64,000 nucleotides of DNA from an uncultured Pseudomonadota bacterium (GTDB lineage: Bacteria > Myxococcota_A > Polyangia > Fen-1088), in assembly GCA_963847705.1 (NCBI GenBank), contig CAWKBC010000041.1, forward strand, positions 16,418 to 80,417, written 5' to 3'. Both the position numbers and the translations under genes were made by a program. The notes beneath the pieces were generated by a model. The model saw nothing but the letters and a program-made list of their open reading frames with translations. It was not told the DNA's origin and made no database searches. This document shows positions 62,656 to 64,000 of the stretch, in pieces. The first letter of the stretch is position 1, and the number at the start of each line of letters is the position of its first letter.

Positions 62656-62669
62656 CTCGACTGCGGCGC

Positions 62670-64000
62670 CTAGTTCGCGCTCGCCGCGGCGCGGACGTCG
62701 CTCGAGGCGACGGTCGCGTTGGCGCCGGCCGTGTCGATCTTCGATCCGCGCTGCAGGAGCCGCTTGGTGAAGTCGATGACCTTGGCGGTGCGAGTCTTCT
62801 TCACGTCGTCGACCACGTGCTGCACCAGGTTGGCCGCCGTGCTGGCGACCGAGCCGTGGCGCGGGTAGAAGAGCGACGAGCCGCGCCAGTTCTTGTTCTG
62901 CAGGTAGGCGCGCAGCTCGGCGACGGTCAGGCCGTTCTTCTCCAGCTCGGCCTGGTACTCGGCCCGGGCGGCCAGACGCGCCTTGAACAACATCATCTGC
63001 ACGCGCGAGTAGACGTTCACGGCGCCGTCGCCGTTGGTCTCGATCGGGCAGAAGATCCCCTGCGGGTACTTCTCGGTGATCATCGATTGAACGCCGTCCG
63101 AGACGCCCGCCGACGGCATGCAGCCAAACGGCTTCACCGAGAGGGTCATGGTCGCCTTGGCCTTGGCGATGTTGAGGATCAGCTTGCCGACCTCCATGTG
63201 CCCTTCACCACCGCGCAGGTGGTTGTTGTAGTAGGGCGCCGCCGCCTCGGCGACGGTGTCCATGTCCGACAGGTGCACGCCGTGCAGGCCCATCAGGTGG
63301 CCGATGCCGTAGAACGTCCCCTTGATGGCGTGCTTGGCCAGCCAGAGCATCAGCAGCTTCTTGCGGACGTTGACGCCGGCCAGACCCTTGCGCGACTTGT
63401 CCTCGCCGCGCAGGACCATCCGCTGCTGCGTGTCCCAGGTCTGCTCCCAGATCATGAAGAGGATCCAGGCCGTGACCGGCTGGATGTCGCACTCGGCGCC
63501 CTCTTGCTCCAGGAACTTCTGCAGACCGTAGTTGCCGTCGCCCTCGGTGGTCATCGCCCAGAACTCGCCGATGATCGAGACCTTCGGTTTGACGATGGTG
63601 CGATCGACCTTCACGTTCATGAGGTTGCGGCGCGTCTGGATCATCGCCCACAGCAGCGACTTTTCCTTGGGGTTGGCGAAGGCGTCGTGGATCAGCTGCT
63701 TCGAAGCCTCGACCGCCTCGTTGGTCGATCCCGGCACCACCTCGTAGGGGCGGATGCGGTAGCCGACCATGTTCAGCACGTCGCCGATCAAGATCGCCTT
63801 CAGCAGCGAGGTGAAGAACTGGGGGTTCATCTTCAGGCCCTGCTCGTCGCCGGTGGCCTGCTTGAGGCCGCCCTGCTGCTGGAACAGGAGGACACGGAAG
63901 CCCTCGAAGCCCGAGTCGCGGAGCGCCTTGCGGTACTCGGTGACGTAGGTGCCGAAGCGGCAGGGGCCGCAGGCGCCGGCCGTCACGAAGACGTAGTTCT
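62670..64000 (-). CDS. 2-hydroxyacyl-CoA dehydratase / activator-related protein; 5' end outside the window
   Basis: GACGPCRFG.Y, IRPYE, IGEFW, GGEG, PFGCMP, IET.GD. Confidence 0.8.
   Translation of the reverse strand, partial: NYVFVTAGACGPCRFGTYVTEYRKALRDSGFEGFRVLLFQQQGGLKQATGDEQGLKMNPQFFTSLLKAILIGDVLNMVGYRIRPYEVVPGSTNEAVEASKQLIHDAFANPKEKSLLWAMIQTRRNLMNVKVDRTIVKPKVSIIGEFWAMTTEGDGNYGLQKFLEQEGAECDIQPVTAWILFMIWEQTWDTQQRMVLRGEDKSRKGLAGVNVRKKLLMLWLAKHAIKGTFYGIGHLMGLHGVHLSDMDTVAEAAAPYYNNHLRGGEGHMEVGKLILNIAKAKATMTLSVKPFGCMPSAGVSDGVQSMITEKYPQGIFCPIETNGDGAVNVYSRVQMMLFKARLAARAEYQAELEKNGLTVAELRAYLQNKNWRGSSLFYPRHGSVASTAANLVQHVVDDVKKTRTAKVIDFTKRLLQRGSKIDTAGANATVASSDVRAAASAN

Overview
High-GC bacterial chromosomal segment. 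Gene content points to Myxococcota, probably Polyangia-like (inference): Gly-rich lipoproteins, a MYXO-CTERM-type tail with a partner beta-barrel, TSP3-OmpA and a TreS-maltokinase fusion. I found no rRNA, tRNA, CRISPR array, integrase or transposase. In order, the window holds: two tandem paralogous FG-GAP/FN3 lipoproteins; a MoxR-DUF58-transglutaminase operon; an MXAN_2561/2562-like pair; truA, plsC, pssA, malQ and treS; HTH/kinase/rhomboid genes; an XPB-like helicase with DUF790 (Bax1-like); two divergent CotH-family lipoproteins with a Gly-rich lipoprotein; a PHP hydrolase; a GPGGF/RG low-complexity protein; a cytochrome c; OmpA; fabV; an ABC exporter; recQ; an Omp85-DUF4390-kinase operon; leuCD with LysR; tsaB, rseP, hflX; and an in-frame-fused AbrB-PIN toxin-antitoxin module. 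Three genes (truA, treS, rhomboid) are frameshifted, most likely from sequencing or assembly indels. The most striking signal outside the gene list is a dispersed family of about 70-bp two-hairpin palindromic elements. It occurs between genes and also in frame, in the same orientation and reading frame, inside three unrelated genes (DUF790, recQ, a histidine kinase). All family assignments come from motif recognition by eye, not database searches.
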